A stretch of 49,629 nt of DNA, the filler included, from Ionaspis alba (taxonomy: Eukaryota): assembly GCA_964255285.1 (NCBI GenBank). It is 2 parts of 2 records of this genome, joined end to end, with 100 filler letters (N's around TTAATTAATTAA, not from the genome) between each part and the next. Parts side by side here need not be neighbours in the genome. Positions count along the whole stretch, not along the records: positions 1 to 24,797 come from CAXUUL010000168.1; 1 more part is not named here. One strand, 5' to 3'. Position numbers and translations under genes: made by a program. The notes below the pieces were generated by a model. It did no database searches. It saw only the letters and a program-made list of their open reading frames with translations, and had not been told where the DNA came from. Each line of letters starts with the position of its first letter. Within the stretch, counting starts at the first letter, position 1. This document shows positions 1 through 11,608 of the stretch, piece by piece.

Positions 1-2
1 CG

Positions 3-110
3 GAGCAAGACGATGAGCCAGACGATGAGCCCGACCCTGAGCCCGACCCTGAGCCCGACCCTGAGCCAGACAATGAGCCAAACCCTGAGCCAGACCCTGA
101 CCCAGATCCT
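3..110 (+). repeat. Coding 12-bp tandem repeat, about 9 units (gagcc[ac]gaccct-like), encoding E-P-D-P/D
   Basis: Directly visible: gagcaagacgat gagccagacgat gagcccgaccct x3 gagccagacaat gagccaaaccct gagccagaccct gacccagatcct. Confidence 0.9.
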
Positions 111-503
111 TCAAGTCCAGGTCTAGGTCAACGAATGGCCAGACACGCAAAGGATCACCCATTTCAATTTGGACTCCAGGCAGCAGGTGCAATCCTTACT
201 GTCGGCTGCGTTGCTACAGTACCTGTTCTTGGACTCGTCGGGTTTGGTTCCGGGGGAGTAGTTGGCGGTTCTATGGCAGCGGGCATTCAATCGGGCATTG
301 GTGCAGTCCAGGCTGGAAGTTTGTTTGCCTGGTGCCAAAGTGCCGCAATGGGTGGTGCAGCGTTGGGGACTCTTTACACTGGCGCTGCTGTTGGCGCGGG
401 ACTGGCGGCTGCTGGTACGTTTGCAGGGATTTTCTCGAAAGCAGAGATCGATGAGATTGTCAGAAGGATTTTCGATGAGGCAGATCACGCACCAGGCGCT
501 TGA
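3..503 (+). CDS. IFI6/IFI27 (ISG12)-like Gly/Ala-rich membrane protein, 5'-truncated by the window edge, with an N-terminal acidic EPDP repeat
   Basis: The frame is open from base 3 (EQDDEPDDEPDP...SSPGLGQR) into ORF 135..503. The segment GFGSGGVVGGSMAAGIQSGIGAVQAGSLFAWCQSAAMGG resembles the ISG12 motif. Confidence 0.7.
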   Translation, partial: EQDDEPDDEPDPEPDPEPDPEPDNEPNPEPDPDPDPSSPGLGQRMARHAKDHPFQFGLQAAGAILTVGCVATVPVLGLVGFGSGGVVGGSMAAGIQSGIGAVQAGSLFAWCQSAAMGGAALGTLYTGAAVGAGLAAAGTFAGIFSKAEIDEIVRRIFDEADHAPGA

Positions 504-879
504 GGGCTTGAGGGCTTGTAATGACACTTCCGGCTTGTATGCAGACTGCATAGAAGACTGGTATGTCCTGTCTATCTTCTCAATCGTATGGAGGATGCCA
601 GCTATGCATGCACCTCGTCCATATAATCTACGTGCCCTTGTTCTCCATATTTTGAGCACAAGTATCCGTCTCTCATATCTTTGTGAGCGATATTCTCTGT
701 CACAAATTATCTCTATTTATTCCTCCTAAGGTCTGACCACAACTCGTAATAATGTGTGCTCGAATCATCATGGCTTGCGCCTGTTTTCTTACAATCTGAG
801 CTCGTTCTTTGCCGGTACACGGCTCATATATCTTCTCTACTCTGTGAATTGTGTTTCTTCGGTCGACCGGCAGAATGCA

Positions 880-1414
880 CTATATCGACTTGTCTAGATC
901 CTGATACTTCCTGTTTTTGCTCTGTGCCATCTGGCAGTCATGTTTGTGTCTTGGCCAGTCTTTTTTTGAACAAACTCGAGTAATACCTTGTCACGTAACT
1001 GGTAAGCTATCGATCTGGCTCTACGGATATCAAAGAACTCATGCCGAAGTCTGGCAACCAGCACACCTCTTGATACCCAACACCTTACCACAAACAACGC
1101 ACACCATGTGAGTCACTCCGGTCCGTCGCTACATGCAGTAGCTGTGTCGCTCAAGACTAACAGACCAGGCACATCCATTGGTGAGAGGCAAGGATCTGAG
1201 GATCATGTCACCTCGTAAGAGATCCGAGAAAGCTGCTAAGCTCCTCATGGCCAGGATCGGAAGCTTTGCGGGGAGTATATTCGCGAAAAGTCGTAGGTGC
1301 TCGTTCGAGGCATGTGAATTCATGCAGGGGACCATCTGGTGTGGGTGTGCCACATTTACCGTGTTAGACTATTGGCACAGTGAGTGCTGTGCTGTTGGTA
1401 TCACTAGGCTCCAT
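880..1414 (-). pseudogene. Degenerate MYND zinc-finger protein gene
   Basis: ATG at 1414 with a TATA-like cctatata about 40 bp upstream. The frame reads MEPSD...PIV*HGKCG...LTR*HDPQILASHQWMCLVC*S*ATQLLH, then frameshifted MYND halves CVVCGKVLGIKRCAGCQT and RVCSKKDWPRHKHDC separated by a probable intron remnant. Confidence 0.65.
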
Positions 1415-1973
1415 TGTTGTTATGATGATTGAAGGGGTGCAATGGAGACTTGTATATAGGAGGCAGCAAGTAGTAGAACTTGTGAATTCATTTCTGATAC
1501 CTATAGAGAAGCATCATCGTTTAGAGATGAGTACTATTCAATTGCTAATGAAGCCACAATCAGCCTCTATTGGATAAATTTTTCTCATGAGTGGTCAGCA
1601 TACAGTAACGAAGCTGGTTCATTCATATGCAGAATGTATCAGAATCAAGTCGTCCAGAAACCAATGTAATTAAGCCCAACGAATACTTTATTATAATATT
1701 GCGTGAATGGCCGTTGTGTTGATGAATCAGAAACTTTGAAGATTCAAACTCAAGGCGTTGAGGCACGATTTCTGATTCACATTGGCAAATGTGAGTCTTG
1801 TTCTCATTCCTTCGTTGAAACAAGCAGTCACAGCGGAATGCCAACAACTCGTCCATAAATCTACCATGTAACAGACACCGCGCTCAGCAGCGTTGCGTCC
1901 CCGCTACTCAGTGTACCGGGAGACTCTCTCGCACGAGGTGCACCAATGTCTTACAGATTGAACTTTAGCAGTT

Positions 1974-3893
1974 ATGGGATTATTGCCTCGCAGGAAGTCT
2001 TCATTTTTCTTCCTCGGATGCTGGGTACTTCTTGTCCTCTGGTACCTGTCTAGCCAAACGGAGCTCTACGCTCCTCCCTCATTGAGCAACTCCATACAGC
2101 CAGGCATTGCAAAATCTAATGGCGATGGCCGTTTTCACTGGTCGCAGTTTAAGGAGCGCTATCCCGTCAAATCGATACGCCCACTACCAACCCATCTACC
2201 TAAGATTCCTCCACTTATACAGCATGTATTCGAGGCAGAGTCCGAGACAGACAGGGCCGTGAGGGAAAAGAGACTGGCAGCTGTGAAGGAGAGTTTCGTG
2301 CACTCTTGGAAAGGCTACAGGAAATATGCATGGATGGAGGATGAGCTATCACCAATATCCGGTGGTAACCAATCTACCTTTGCGGGATGGGCTGCTACAC
2401 TCATCGACGCTTTGGACACATTATGGATCATGGGAATGAAGGAAGACTTCGACCGTGCGATTGACGCAGTTCGTCAAATTGACTTTACCAGTTCCAATGC
2501 GGATACGTTGAATATCTTCGAGACCACAATCAGATATTTGGGAGGCCTCCTCGGAGCCTACGACCTGAGTGATGCCAAATACCCAGTGTTATTGAAGAAG
2601 GCTACTGAGCTGGGAGATATTCTCTACTCTGCCTTTGACACTCCCAATCGGATGCCTGTTACGCGGTGGAATTGGAAGGATGCTGCCTCAACCAAGCAAG
2701 AAGCCAGCGAGACGGCTCTTCTCGCAGAAGTTGGCTCTCTCAGCCTGGAGTTTACTCGTCTCTCCCAGCTCACAGAAGACCCTAAATACTATGACGCAGT
2801 CTCTCGCGTTACGGATGCCTTCGACCATGGCCAGCAGGCAAGCAAGATACCTGGCCTCTGGCCAGTTGTCATGAACGCGAAGGCTTTGACTTTTGAACTG
2901 AACAGCTTCACTATGGGTGCCATGGCAGACTCTCTCTACGAGTACCTTCCGAAGCAACATATTCTTCTTGGCGGCACATCGAAGCAGTACGCTAAACTCT
3001 ATGAATCTGCTATCGAGGCTGCCAAGAAGCACCTCTTCTTCCGTCCCATGATCAAGTCCAACAAGTCCGTGCTTATCTCTGGTAACGCTCGCTACGACGA
3101 AGTCGACCATGCTATCCACCTCGAACCACAAGGCCAACATCTGGGCTGCTTCACAGGCGGCATGGTTGCGCTAGGTGCCAAAATCTTCCACCGAGACAAC
3201 GATCTTCCTATAGCCAAAAAGCTTGTAGACGGATGTATATGGGCCTATTCGAGCACGGCCACAGGCATCATGCCCGAAATCTTCGAACTCGTTGCCTGCG
3301 AAGATCCGGCCAACTGCATCTGGGACGAAGACAAATGGCATGAACTCGCTCTCAAAGGCCGTATCGAATCAGAGGCTGTCAAAGGTTTTTCGAAGGCTGC
3401 GCGCGCACAATCTGTGATTGACCGGGAACGACTGCCACCTGGCTTTACCTATATTCACGATGTTAGCTACATGCTGCGGCCGGAAGCTATCGAGTCAGTC
3501 TTCGTGCTCTATCGCATCACTGGCGATCGCGTACTACTAGATGCTGCTTGGAGGATGTTCGAAGCTATCGAGAGGTATACGAGGACAGATATAGCTAATG
3601 CAATGATTTTGGACGTCACGGCCAAGGTACCGCAACAAAAGGATCGGATGGAGAGTTTTTGGCTGGCGGAAACACTAAAGTATTTTTACTTGATATTTTC
3701 TGAGCCTGATCTAGTGAGCCTAGACGAGTATGTGCTGTAGGTGATGAACTCATTAGATTTCGCTTTTCACTGAGAACACACTCGTCCACTAATGCTTGAC
3801 ATTAGGAATACTGAGGCACATCCCTTTAAGCGGCCGGTTGATAAGCCGGGTGGTGCTTCCGACATAGAGAACGGCGAAGTGCTTGTGCGATAA
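1974..3893 (+). CDS. Class I alpha-1,2-mannosidase (GH47), type II membrane protein
   Basis: N-terminal TM segment. GH47 motifs DELSPIS, GWAATLIDALDTL, FETTIRYLGGLL, DSLYEYL, LRPEAIES and MESFWLAETLKY. Intron 3737-3805 joins DEYVL to NTEAHP; stop at 3891-3893. Confidence 0.95.
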
Positions 3894-4079
3894 GATACCC
3901 ATACACTGTGATCTTTAGATCCACGTGGTAACTCTGTGCTTGATCAATAACATTCGATAAACTTCATTCACTACAGTCAGTGCGAGATACGATCGGCATA
4001 GCCTTCTATTCCCTCCTTCTATGCGCCTGGCCTGAGGCCATTCAGAGTATCTCCACAGAGTCCCTGGATATTATTCCGT

Positions 4080-5516
4080 CTATGCCTTTGCAGCCAGGAA
4101 ACTCAGCAAACTCCCAATAGTGAGACCACCGACAAGCATAAGTCCCATAAAGCCGCCAGCAGCTTCTCTTTCCTCGACATCTACCCACTCCACTGCGCCC
4201 ATCATGCATGTAGATCCCAAGTAGCCGTTCGTGGTGCCGAAGAGAAATTGAACAATAAAGAGGTAGAAGAAGTCGCTCGAAACGACAGCTCCTCGTCCTC
4301 GGATATTACAAAGGAGGTAAAGTGGTACCCAGATGACCCGAAATATAGACAGTAGAAAGAGACCCCGAGGAAATCGAGTCATGCTCAGGCGTGGGATCAG
4401 CGGTAATAGTCTCCCAAGCAAGTCTCCGCCATTCCAAACCAGGAAAGCAAGAGGGATGAAACAGGCGGGTTGGAAAAGCCTCGATGCTCTGTCTGCTGGC
4501 TGTACACTGATGATCTCCTGGGTGAAGACGGGAAACGTCATCGTAACAGTGAAACAGAGCGCAATACCCAATGCAAGCCACTTGAGCTTCAAGAATAACG
4601 TCCACAGCCCCACGACCTTGCGTTCCGTCTCTTCTTCATCCTCTGCCCCATCGATACCCTCAACGGTCTTCTTCATACTGCTATGTTCCGGATGTCGTCT
4701 AGCAAGATACACAAATGCTACTAGAGCCAGTGTCGAAACTCCTGTAGCAGTCAAGAAATACGCAAAAGCGGATTTTGGACTTTCTTGTCCTGCACCCTCT
4801 TTGCCATCTCCTTCCGGAACTGAGAGCACCGAGATGATCTGCACAATGCAGGGGAGGACGCCCGCGACACCTTGTCCCGCCATGATGCCTTGCGTATACT
4901 CCTTCGTCCCAAACCCAGTGACGAAAGCGAATAACCCGTTCTGGCAAAGCCCTGTAGCTAGGCTAGAGCCAAAGACCATGAGCATGAGGAAGACGAAGTA
5001 GCCGTCCGTTGAGACATTGCGGAAAAGGGTTGTGGACAGTGCGAGAAGGGTAAAGCAGATTATGTTGATGATCAAGGAGGCAATTATACGACTTGGGTAT
5101 GAGGCGTTTGCTTGTAGCTTGGTAAGGATGAGCATTGCGCCTAGATTTGTGATAGTGGAGACGGTGAGAATGGCCGATTGGAAGTGCGTGAGCAGCCAGT
5201 CGGAGGAGGAGAAGCGGGTTTGGAAGTAGGGCGCCGCAGCGAGGAACATGTTCCTGATCTCAGGGAAGAGAAGTTAGCCATTGAAGTATAGGGGACGGAT
5301 GGATTCCAAATCCAGAGGCAGCAAAGTGGGAGGTATTTACCATGCCCATAGCATCGATATTCCCAAGAGCAGGAAGATATAGTATTCCAGCCATGAGAAC
5401 CGTGCTTTCGATGGTGGTCTTAGACTCCCAGTGCTGTCCGCTATGCTACCGTTTTCTAACGGCTCATAAGTCTGTGAAGACCTCCGTCGCTTGACGGCAC
5501 GAATGAGTCGTTCCAT
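4080..5516 (-). CDS. Equilibrative nucleoside transporter (FUN26-like)
   Basis: ATG 5516. Intron 5340-5254 gives LLGISMLWAW|NMFLAAAPYF. Multi-TM protein with GQGVAG, WNGGDLLGR and FGTTNGYLGS motifs typical of the ENT family. Confidence 0.9.
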
Positions 5517-5842
5517 GACTGGAAGGCGAGAGCCTAGTTGGAATCCAAGGCCATCATCTCGACCATAATAACCTTGAAGAGGTAGGACCGCGAAATGCTG
5601 TTTCGACCATCTAGAAATATGATAGAGGTTGGGCGATCTGGTGATTACAGCCCGTGAGCTTTCTGTCAACAATGAATGACGTTGGCTATGCGGCCACGAT
5701 CACATTCGAGACATCGAAGCTAGTCCGATTCCGATCACCGTTACGGCTTCCACGGGCATTCTTCAGATCAGTTGATCCATCTTCTGAATTAAACGATGTT
5801 ATACCTATTTCAGACACTATGCCTGTGGAAAGTATGCTGCAA

Positions 5843-7495
5843 TTAACTGTTAATCGCGTCTTCTACGCAAAACCATCCCTTCCTAAACCCTAGATCCAAA
5901 AGATTTCCAGCCGACTTGACCTCCCATTTGCGCCAGTTAGCCAGAACCAAGATGCTTTCCACTTCTTCCAAAATTGCTCGCATCTTCGCTGTCCCTGTGA
6001 CAGAGTCCTCTTCCTCATACCTTGCATCCCCCGAAAGCTCGTGCGTCACCTGAAGCAGCTTTGCTATCAAGTGAGACAGCCACATGACATTTGTCACTGG
6101 CACAAATTCCTTGCAGCTCCCTTTCCCGACTGCTTCTGCCATGTATCTGTATACGTCGTATTGGAGGTCACCCTGACCTCGGAGCAGACTATTGTTCCTT
6201 GTGAAATCAAAGAATAGGACGCGATCCTCGGCAATGGTTGCGCGTGAGAGACTATAGTCAATGATAGTCGCTTGGACACCAGTATTATCGAGGCTGAATG
6301 GAGTTGCACTGTCACGGGCTACCAGAGCCAGGTCCTCTTCATCCTTCTCCGACCTCGTGTTTAGAGCGCAAATGTTGCCAAGGTGGAGATCTCTGTGCTC
6401 GAAGTCGGCATAAATCTCTGCTTTCGCCACGGCACGGACGACTTGCCAGAAAATATCCCATGTGCGCTTGACCGACATGTATCTTATCTCGGAGAGGTTG
6501 ATTGTGGTATTTGGAGGACGGTATTGGCCTGGGTTGAGGTTCGTGCCAGCATCGGACATTTCGATCACCAGCCAAAGCTGGTTCTGAGGATATGCGCCTT
6601 TCTTATTGGGATCTCTCGACTCGACAGTTCTCCCAGAGGCTCTGTACTCGTTCCACTCTGACACGAATTGCTGAGGCATTGAACCGATCAAGACGCAGCC
6701 ACCGCGGAACTCGACGAAGCCTGGTACCTTCTGCATCTTCTCTAGAACTTGAAGTTCTGTGGCCGCTGCCTCAATCGATGTATAACTTCGAGAACCTCGA
6801 CCTCGTTTGGCATTAAGTGGCATGATTTTGATAATCGCGGTCTTCCCTGAGCTCGTTGCTCGGTACACTTCACCGAAAGACCCTTCGCCAATTTTCCTGA
6901 TCTCTAGCACTGGCATGCGTTCGTCTGTCCATGCTTTGAATGACTCGACGCGTCCGCTAACTGCCTTGCATGCTAAGAGCGGTGAGACATAAAGCGCGGT
7001 CTCTGCATCCAGATTTGCTGAACGTCGCTGAAAGGTTGGCTCGAGGGAGCTTGTGATCGCTCGTGGCTCTCCACATTTCGCCGACAGGTGAAGGCTCTCA
7101 TCTTCTGCCGCCGCAGTCTCAGAGATCATTAACTTTTGCTGGAGCTCATCAACTAGTGAAGTCGTATCCAAGATACTGGCCTCGATTTCATGCTTCTGAC
7201 GGCTTGGATGCTGGTGTTTTCTGGGTCTAGATTTGGTCTTATTGGAGATATCCGGCCTTATCTCCGTCACCTCAATATTGCCCTTTAGAAGCCCGTCAAC
7301 TTCATCGAACGCAGGAGGTTTCGTAAATCCATTGAACGGGTCTCTACGAGCATTGTTTGATCTCTGTCTCAAGACTTCTTTGTCTTCTCTAATGGCTTTG
7401 GTAGAGAGCTTGGTGGACGCTGGAGACGAATTTATCAATGCATCGAATTGTATGATCGGAGCTCGGCCTCTTTTGCCGTAGACTTTAGTTCTCAT
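5843..7495 (-). CDS. Haspin-family protein kinase
   Basis: IGEGSFGEVY, FEHRDLHLGNI, IIDYSLSRA (haspin DY[ST] in place of DFG), GDLQYDVYRYM and PVTNVMWL motifs. Confidence 0.92.
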   Translation of the reverse strand: MRTKVYGKRGRAPIIQFDALINSSPASTKLSTKAIREDKEVLRQRSNNARRDPFNGFTKPPAFDEVDGLLKGNIEVTEIRPDISNKTKSRPRKHQHPSRQKHEIEASILDTTSLVDELQQKLMISETAAAEDESLHLSAKCGEPRAITSSLEPTFQRRSANLDAETALYVSPLLACKAVSGRVESFKAWTDERMPVLEIRKIGEGSFGEVYRATSSGKTAIIKIMPLNAKRGRGSRSYTSIEAAATELQVLEKMQKVPGFVEFRGGCVLIGSMPQQFVSEWNEYRASGRTVESRDPNKKGAYPQNQLWLVIEMSDAGTNLNPGQYRPPNTTINLSEIRYMSVKRTWDIFWQVVRAVAKAEIYADFEHRDLHLGNICALNTRSEKDEEDLALVARDSATPFSLDNTGVQATIIDYSLSRATIAEDRVLFFDFTRNNSLLRGQGDLQYDVYRYMAEAVGKGSCKEFVPVTNVMWLSHLIAKLLQVTHELSGDARYEEEDSVTGTAKMRAILEEVESILVLANWRKWEVKSAGNLLDLGFRKGWFCVEDAINS

Positions 7496-7884
7496 TTTGC
7501 TGAAAGAAGGAATATAAGATCAAGATCAAAGATTCGCATAGTATCGTCATAGAAGAACGTGTAGAATCAATTAAGAGGAAGTGATTGCCAAGGCTGTCCG
7601 CATACAACTCTGGCTTGGTTGCACAAGCACACAATGTGGAGAGTCGTATTTCTTTGACGCAGGGTTGTATTTAATCGGCAATTCAGGAGAAGGAGGACTC
7701 AGTATACCAGATGATGGTGTTGCAGAAGATGTCGTTCTACGAGTGAACATCCTTCAGAAGTTACGGATTAGGAAGTTTGTTGATATTCCAATGGTTGGCG
7801 GGGTAGCCAGTGTGGTTTTCGACCCGGCCAGCTCGACGAGCTCCACAATGACCACGATTTACACTTCACAGCCCCTTGAGGACA

Positions 7885-8835
7885 ATGGCGACTGCCACCG
7901 AACCTCCCACCCCCTCGCTCTTCACAATCACGACACTTCTTTCCCTCCTCTCCACCCTTGCTCTCCTTCTCACAGCCTATGGCGCCTCAATTCGGCTCTT
8001 GCCAAGCTCCACATCTACGAAACTCCGCATCCTCTACATCTGGCACCTTTTTGACGCCCTGATCCATCTCATCCTGGAAGCCTCTTTCCTCTACAACTGC
8101 TTCTTCACCTTTGTTGCTCTCCCTGCCAGAACCACAGACTATCCACACCCAGCTTCTGCGTCTACCTCATACTCTGCTTTCACGCCTCGGGATGTGTATT
8201 TCCTCAGCGATACGGAAAACCTGTACGGCAGCTTTTATGGGACCAACCCCTTTGCCTTGTTATGGCAGGAATATGCAAAGGCGGATAAGCGGTGGGGAGG
8301 GGCAGACTTGACGGTCATCAGTCTGGAGTTGTTAACGGTTCTGTTAGCGGGACCGTTGGCGGTGTATATTACGGAGCTAGTCAGAAGAGGTGGATGGAGT
8401 GGGAACGGAGGTGCTATAACTGGGAAGTTGTGGTTTTGGGGAAGTGTATTAGCTACTGGAGAGCTGTATGGCGGGTGAGTCTTTGGTTACCGCTCGGGCT
8501 TGTTCGACTCGTCTCGCCGACAGGAGGAAAGCAAGGGGAGTGCTGTACGTAGAGCTGACTGATGATAGCTTTATGACTTTTGCGCCGGAGTGGTTGAGCG
8601 GGAATCCGAACTTGGATGCCTCGAACTTTATGTACAAGTCAGTTTCCCACAGCAAAGTCATCTTGTAACCGTCCCGGCCATCTTACTGATAATCACTACT
8701 AGGTGGTTATATCTGGTCTTCTTCAATACCCTCTGGGTATGGTTTCCTCTCTGGGTACTATATGAAGCATATCAAAACATTACCGCGGCTTTCGTAGTCG
8801 CAGAAACAGGCAAGACAAAAAAGAAAGAGACATGA
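7885..8835 (+). CDS. Emopamil-binding protein (EBP/EXPERA)-like membrane protein
   Basis: WHLFDALIH, LWQEYAKADKRW and ELYGG|FMTFAPEW motifs. Introns 8475-8568 and 8638-8702 keep the frame into WLYLVFFNTLWVWFP. Confidence 0.88.
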
Positions 8836-8929
8836 AGTGAACTCCTTAGCTATACTTTATGGAATAAGAATAAGCTTTTCATTACATGGCAAGCCTCGTA
8901 TGTCCAAAATATCTGGTATCAAGTAATCG

Positions 8930-11608
8930 TCACATCGTAACAAGCTCAACAATCCGAACATATTCTGCTGGAAACAGCCCCAGTGTGCCTGCATAACAGC
9001 CCCAGAACCATTCACCATTAACGTCTTCGATCTCCCTCACTTCGGCCCTCCTAGGAAAGGACAGCTCATCTGTGGCGCTCTCCTGCGGTAGATAACTCCA
9101 TATGACCTGTCCCACCATACCAACGCCTCCGTCTGGCGGAAACTTTTGCAACATCGGGATCGTTGTGGGAACGCTGGCGTCGGTGTTGGAAACCTGCTTC
9201 ACGACTGTCTTCGTTTGCCTCCCTTGACCTTCTCGCCAACTCCACTCGTACTTCGAAGGTGTGCCACCTTCGTCTTTCAAAGCATGTCCTCCCACCAGAT
9301 CCTTCACAATGACTCGTCGCTGTCCAGCAGCGGTGTCTTCAAAGCCAGCCAAAATCATTCGGTGACCGCGAAGACAGCGTCTCCATCCTCTATCGCCATT
9401 TTCTCTGCTAATTCGTCCAGAGGCAATCAGTTTATGGTAGCTTGTAGTGCAGATGTCATAGTCACCATCATTGCACTGATAGCAATGAAAGCGAGTTTGA
9501 CTTGGCTGGATGGGATATCTGCAAATATCACAATTCGTGCTAAACGTTAGAGGTCGGTACTGGCCAGATGGGGTAGAATTCATCGTTGGGAAAGCCTGCA
9601 TCATACGCGGTGACATAATAGGTGCGAAAGATGCTTCCGAGTGGTGAGTGGTATCCGTGTAGGTACCCTGATGCATCGATGAAGAGATGTGAGCTACGGG
9701 TAGTAGAGCATGGGTGCAGCATTTGCCCTGGTTGACGCAACGGTTGCAAAAGCCCCACTCTCCGTCATTGCAAGTATCACATTTCCAGAAGCAGTCGTCT
9801 GCGAAGGCAGAGCAGTTCGAACAGAAAGCTCCACTTTGAAGACGCATTGCCGGGTCCTCGCTAGTCATCTTTCTAGTATTGTCTCCAGCGAACGGCTGGA
9901 AACTCTCTGGCCGTGGGCGCAAATACCGATGGCCTACTAGAGTGTGAGGTAGCTGTTGGTCCGGAGAACCTTGTTGCTGGAAACGATGCCAGGCAGCGGT
10001 ACCAAAACCGAACCAGTGAAGGCAGCCAAGGCCGAGCCGGTAGCAGTGATGACAAAGGTTGTAGTTGCCTTCTTTGCAAGCAGAGCAACTCTCGTGCAGA
10101 TCGTACTGTATATCCTTCTTACCACATCTATCACAAGATATGGCAGGCTCCTCATATAGCATTGGCCGGTTTCTAGAACCAGTCGATGAGGATGAAGATG
10201 GCCTGACGTTACTGGAATCAGCTACACTGAGATTTCCGGAAGGCGCCTGTCTCTCGGCTTCGATGTTCACTGAATCCCTGGTGAGGATTCCGAGACCTGC
10301 AGCGGCAGTATGTGAAGTGGTTTGTGACGCTGATGTTGGTGACTCGGTTCTTACATTGGAAGTCACTTGACTTCTGGCTGTCCTCGACTCTGATGATCGG
10401 GGACTTTCAGAACCACCCGTGGCCACTCCTCCGCTCGAAGGACGCGGACGTGGGTCTGTAGATCGCCTACCATGAACGGTCAAGTTGTTTGGCCGCGCGC
10501 CTCCGCTTTCAACTTCCTGTGAACGATTCGAAAGATCAGTCGCGGAGCGAGCCGCCTCTTGACGAACTGAAGGAGATCCGTTGGTAGGGGCTGTTTGTCT
10601 TCTGGTTTCGCTAGCAGTTCTTCCCCGTGACCTATGCTCCGATGGATTTGTTTCGAAGATTTGCGGTCTAGAAACTGGAAGCAGCGATGGACTCGTGGAG
10701 TTTCCTGCCGTGCTAGTCGATCTCCTCTGGTTCCTTCTAGATGCTGGTGTATTCAGAGGACGGGGAAGCAGGTCACTACTGATTTCATGTCGAGAGCTCG
10801 ATCCGCCTGGAGATCTCGACTGTCGTCCATGTCGACGGCGATATGCTTCTGCGATCCGTTCACTAAGCTCGTCTTCTTGTGAAACGTCAAGGTTGTTGAG
10901 ATCAATCCCATCCAAGAGACCCTCTTCCATGATCTGCCGGAGGATCTCCTCTTCTATTTCGGCAGAGTCGATGTCGGAAGAGCCTAATAGAGACCGTAGA
11001 CTAGACTGGTGCTCGATCTGCCGTGCCTGAGACCTCGAATCTATAGATCCAGCGGCTCGGTCTCCTGCGCCTGAGCCATCTCGCCGTCTTCGCTGTCGTG
11101 TTTCATCGTCCCTTGCGTCATGGCCTCTGTTCCTGTGCCGAACGCCTCTCTCATACGTCCTTGGTCCCCTAGCGCCCACATCTCTTAGACTCATTTCCCT
11201 GATCTCCTCCACCATTCTGCGGTCTTCCTCGTCGGCAGCAGTGTTGCTTGTGTCGAGCTTTGGTATCACGTTGTCCCCAGCTTTGTAGACCTTCTTCATC
11301 TCATCCTTCTCTTGCGCCGTTCTATCATTCCCGGGATTTGCTTGGACGAACATTTCCAGCAATGTTGTGACCGTGGCATTTGGCCTGGTCTCTCGCACAG
11401 AGGCACGGCATGATGGGCAGGTGTAGGGGTGGGCTACCTTACCCGCAGCTCGTTTGGCTTGATGTGTAAACCAGCCATGCAAGCAGGAGCCGCAGAATGT
11501 GTGGAGGCAGTCCAGGAGTGTAAGAGGTTGGTAGAGGATCTCTGTGCAGATAGAGCAGGTAAGCTCTTTCTGTAGATCGAGGAGACCGGTCATTGGTTTG
11601 CTCGCCAT
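8930..11608 (-). CDS. RING-finger (C3HC4) protein with ZZ-type zinc fingers and a C-terminal SH3 domain, probable E3 ligase
   Basis: CSICTEILYQPLTLLDCLHTFCGSC...CPSCR; three CxxC-rich ZZ-like repeats (e.g. CDIC...FHCYQCNDGDYDIC); SH3-like DELSF...WFWG...GLFPAEYV. Confidence 0.85.
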   Translation of the reverse strand: MASKPMTGLLDLQKELTCSICTEILYQPLTLLDCLHTFCGSCLHGWFTHQAKRAAGKVAHPYTCPSCRASVRETRPNATVTTLLEMFVQANPGNDRTAQEKDEMKKVYKAGDNVIPKLDTSNTAADEEDRRMVEEIREMSLRDVGARGPRTYERGVRHRNRGHDARDDETRQRRRRDGSGAGDRAAGSIDSRSQARQIEHQSSLRSLLGSSDIDSAEIEEEILRQIMEEGLLDGIDLNNLDVSQEDELSERIAEAYRRRHGRQSRSPGGSSSRHEISSDLLPRPLNTPASRRNQRRSTSTAGNSTSPSLLPVSRPQIFETNPSEHRSRGRTASETRRQTAPTNGSPSVRQEAARSATDLSNRSQEVESGGARPNNLTVHGRRSTDPRPRPSSGGVATGGSESPRSSESRTARSQVTSNVRTESPTSASQTTSHTAAAGLGILTRDSVNIEAERQAPSGNLSVADSSNVRPSSSSSTGSRNRPMLYEEPAISCDRCGKKDIQYDLHESCSACKEGNYNLCHHCYRLGLGCLHWFGFGTAAWHRFQQQGSPDQQLPHTLVGHRYLRPRPESFQPFAGDNTRKMTSEDPAMRLQSGAFCSNCSAFADDCFWKCDTCNDGEWGFCNRCVNQGKCCTHALLPVAHISSSMHQGTYTDTTHHSEASFAPIMSPRMMQAFPTMNSTPSGQYRPLTFSTNCDICRYPIQPSQTRFHCYQCNDGDYDICTTSYHKLIASGRISRENGDRGWRRCLRGHRMILAGFEDTAAGQRRVIVKDLVGGHALKDEGGTPSKYEWSWREGQGRQTKTVVKQVSNTDASVPTTIPMLQKFPPDGGVGMVGQVIWSYLPQESATDELSFPRRAEVREIEDVNGEWFWGCYAGTLGLFPAEYVRIVELVTM

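Noticed and set aside
3..110. Tandem repeat as a CRISPR-like array
   Set aside because: There are no spacers; it is an in-frame coding minisatellite in a eukaryotic genome.
7885..8835. EBP-like sterol-related gene as part of the putative sterol cluster
   Set aside because: It is more than 26 kb away, lies among housekeeping genes, and is separated from the cluster by two assembly gaps.
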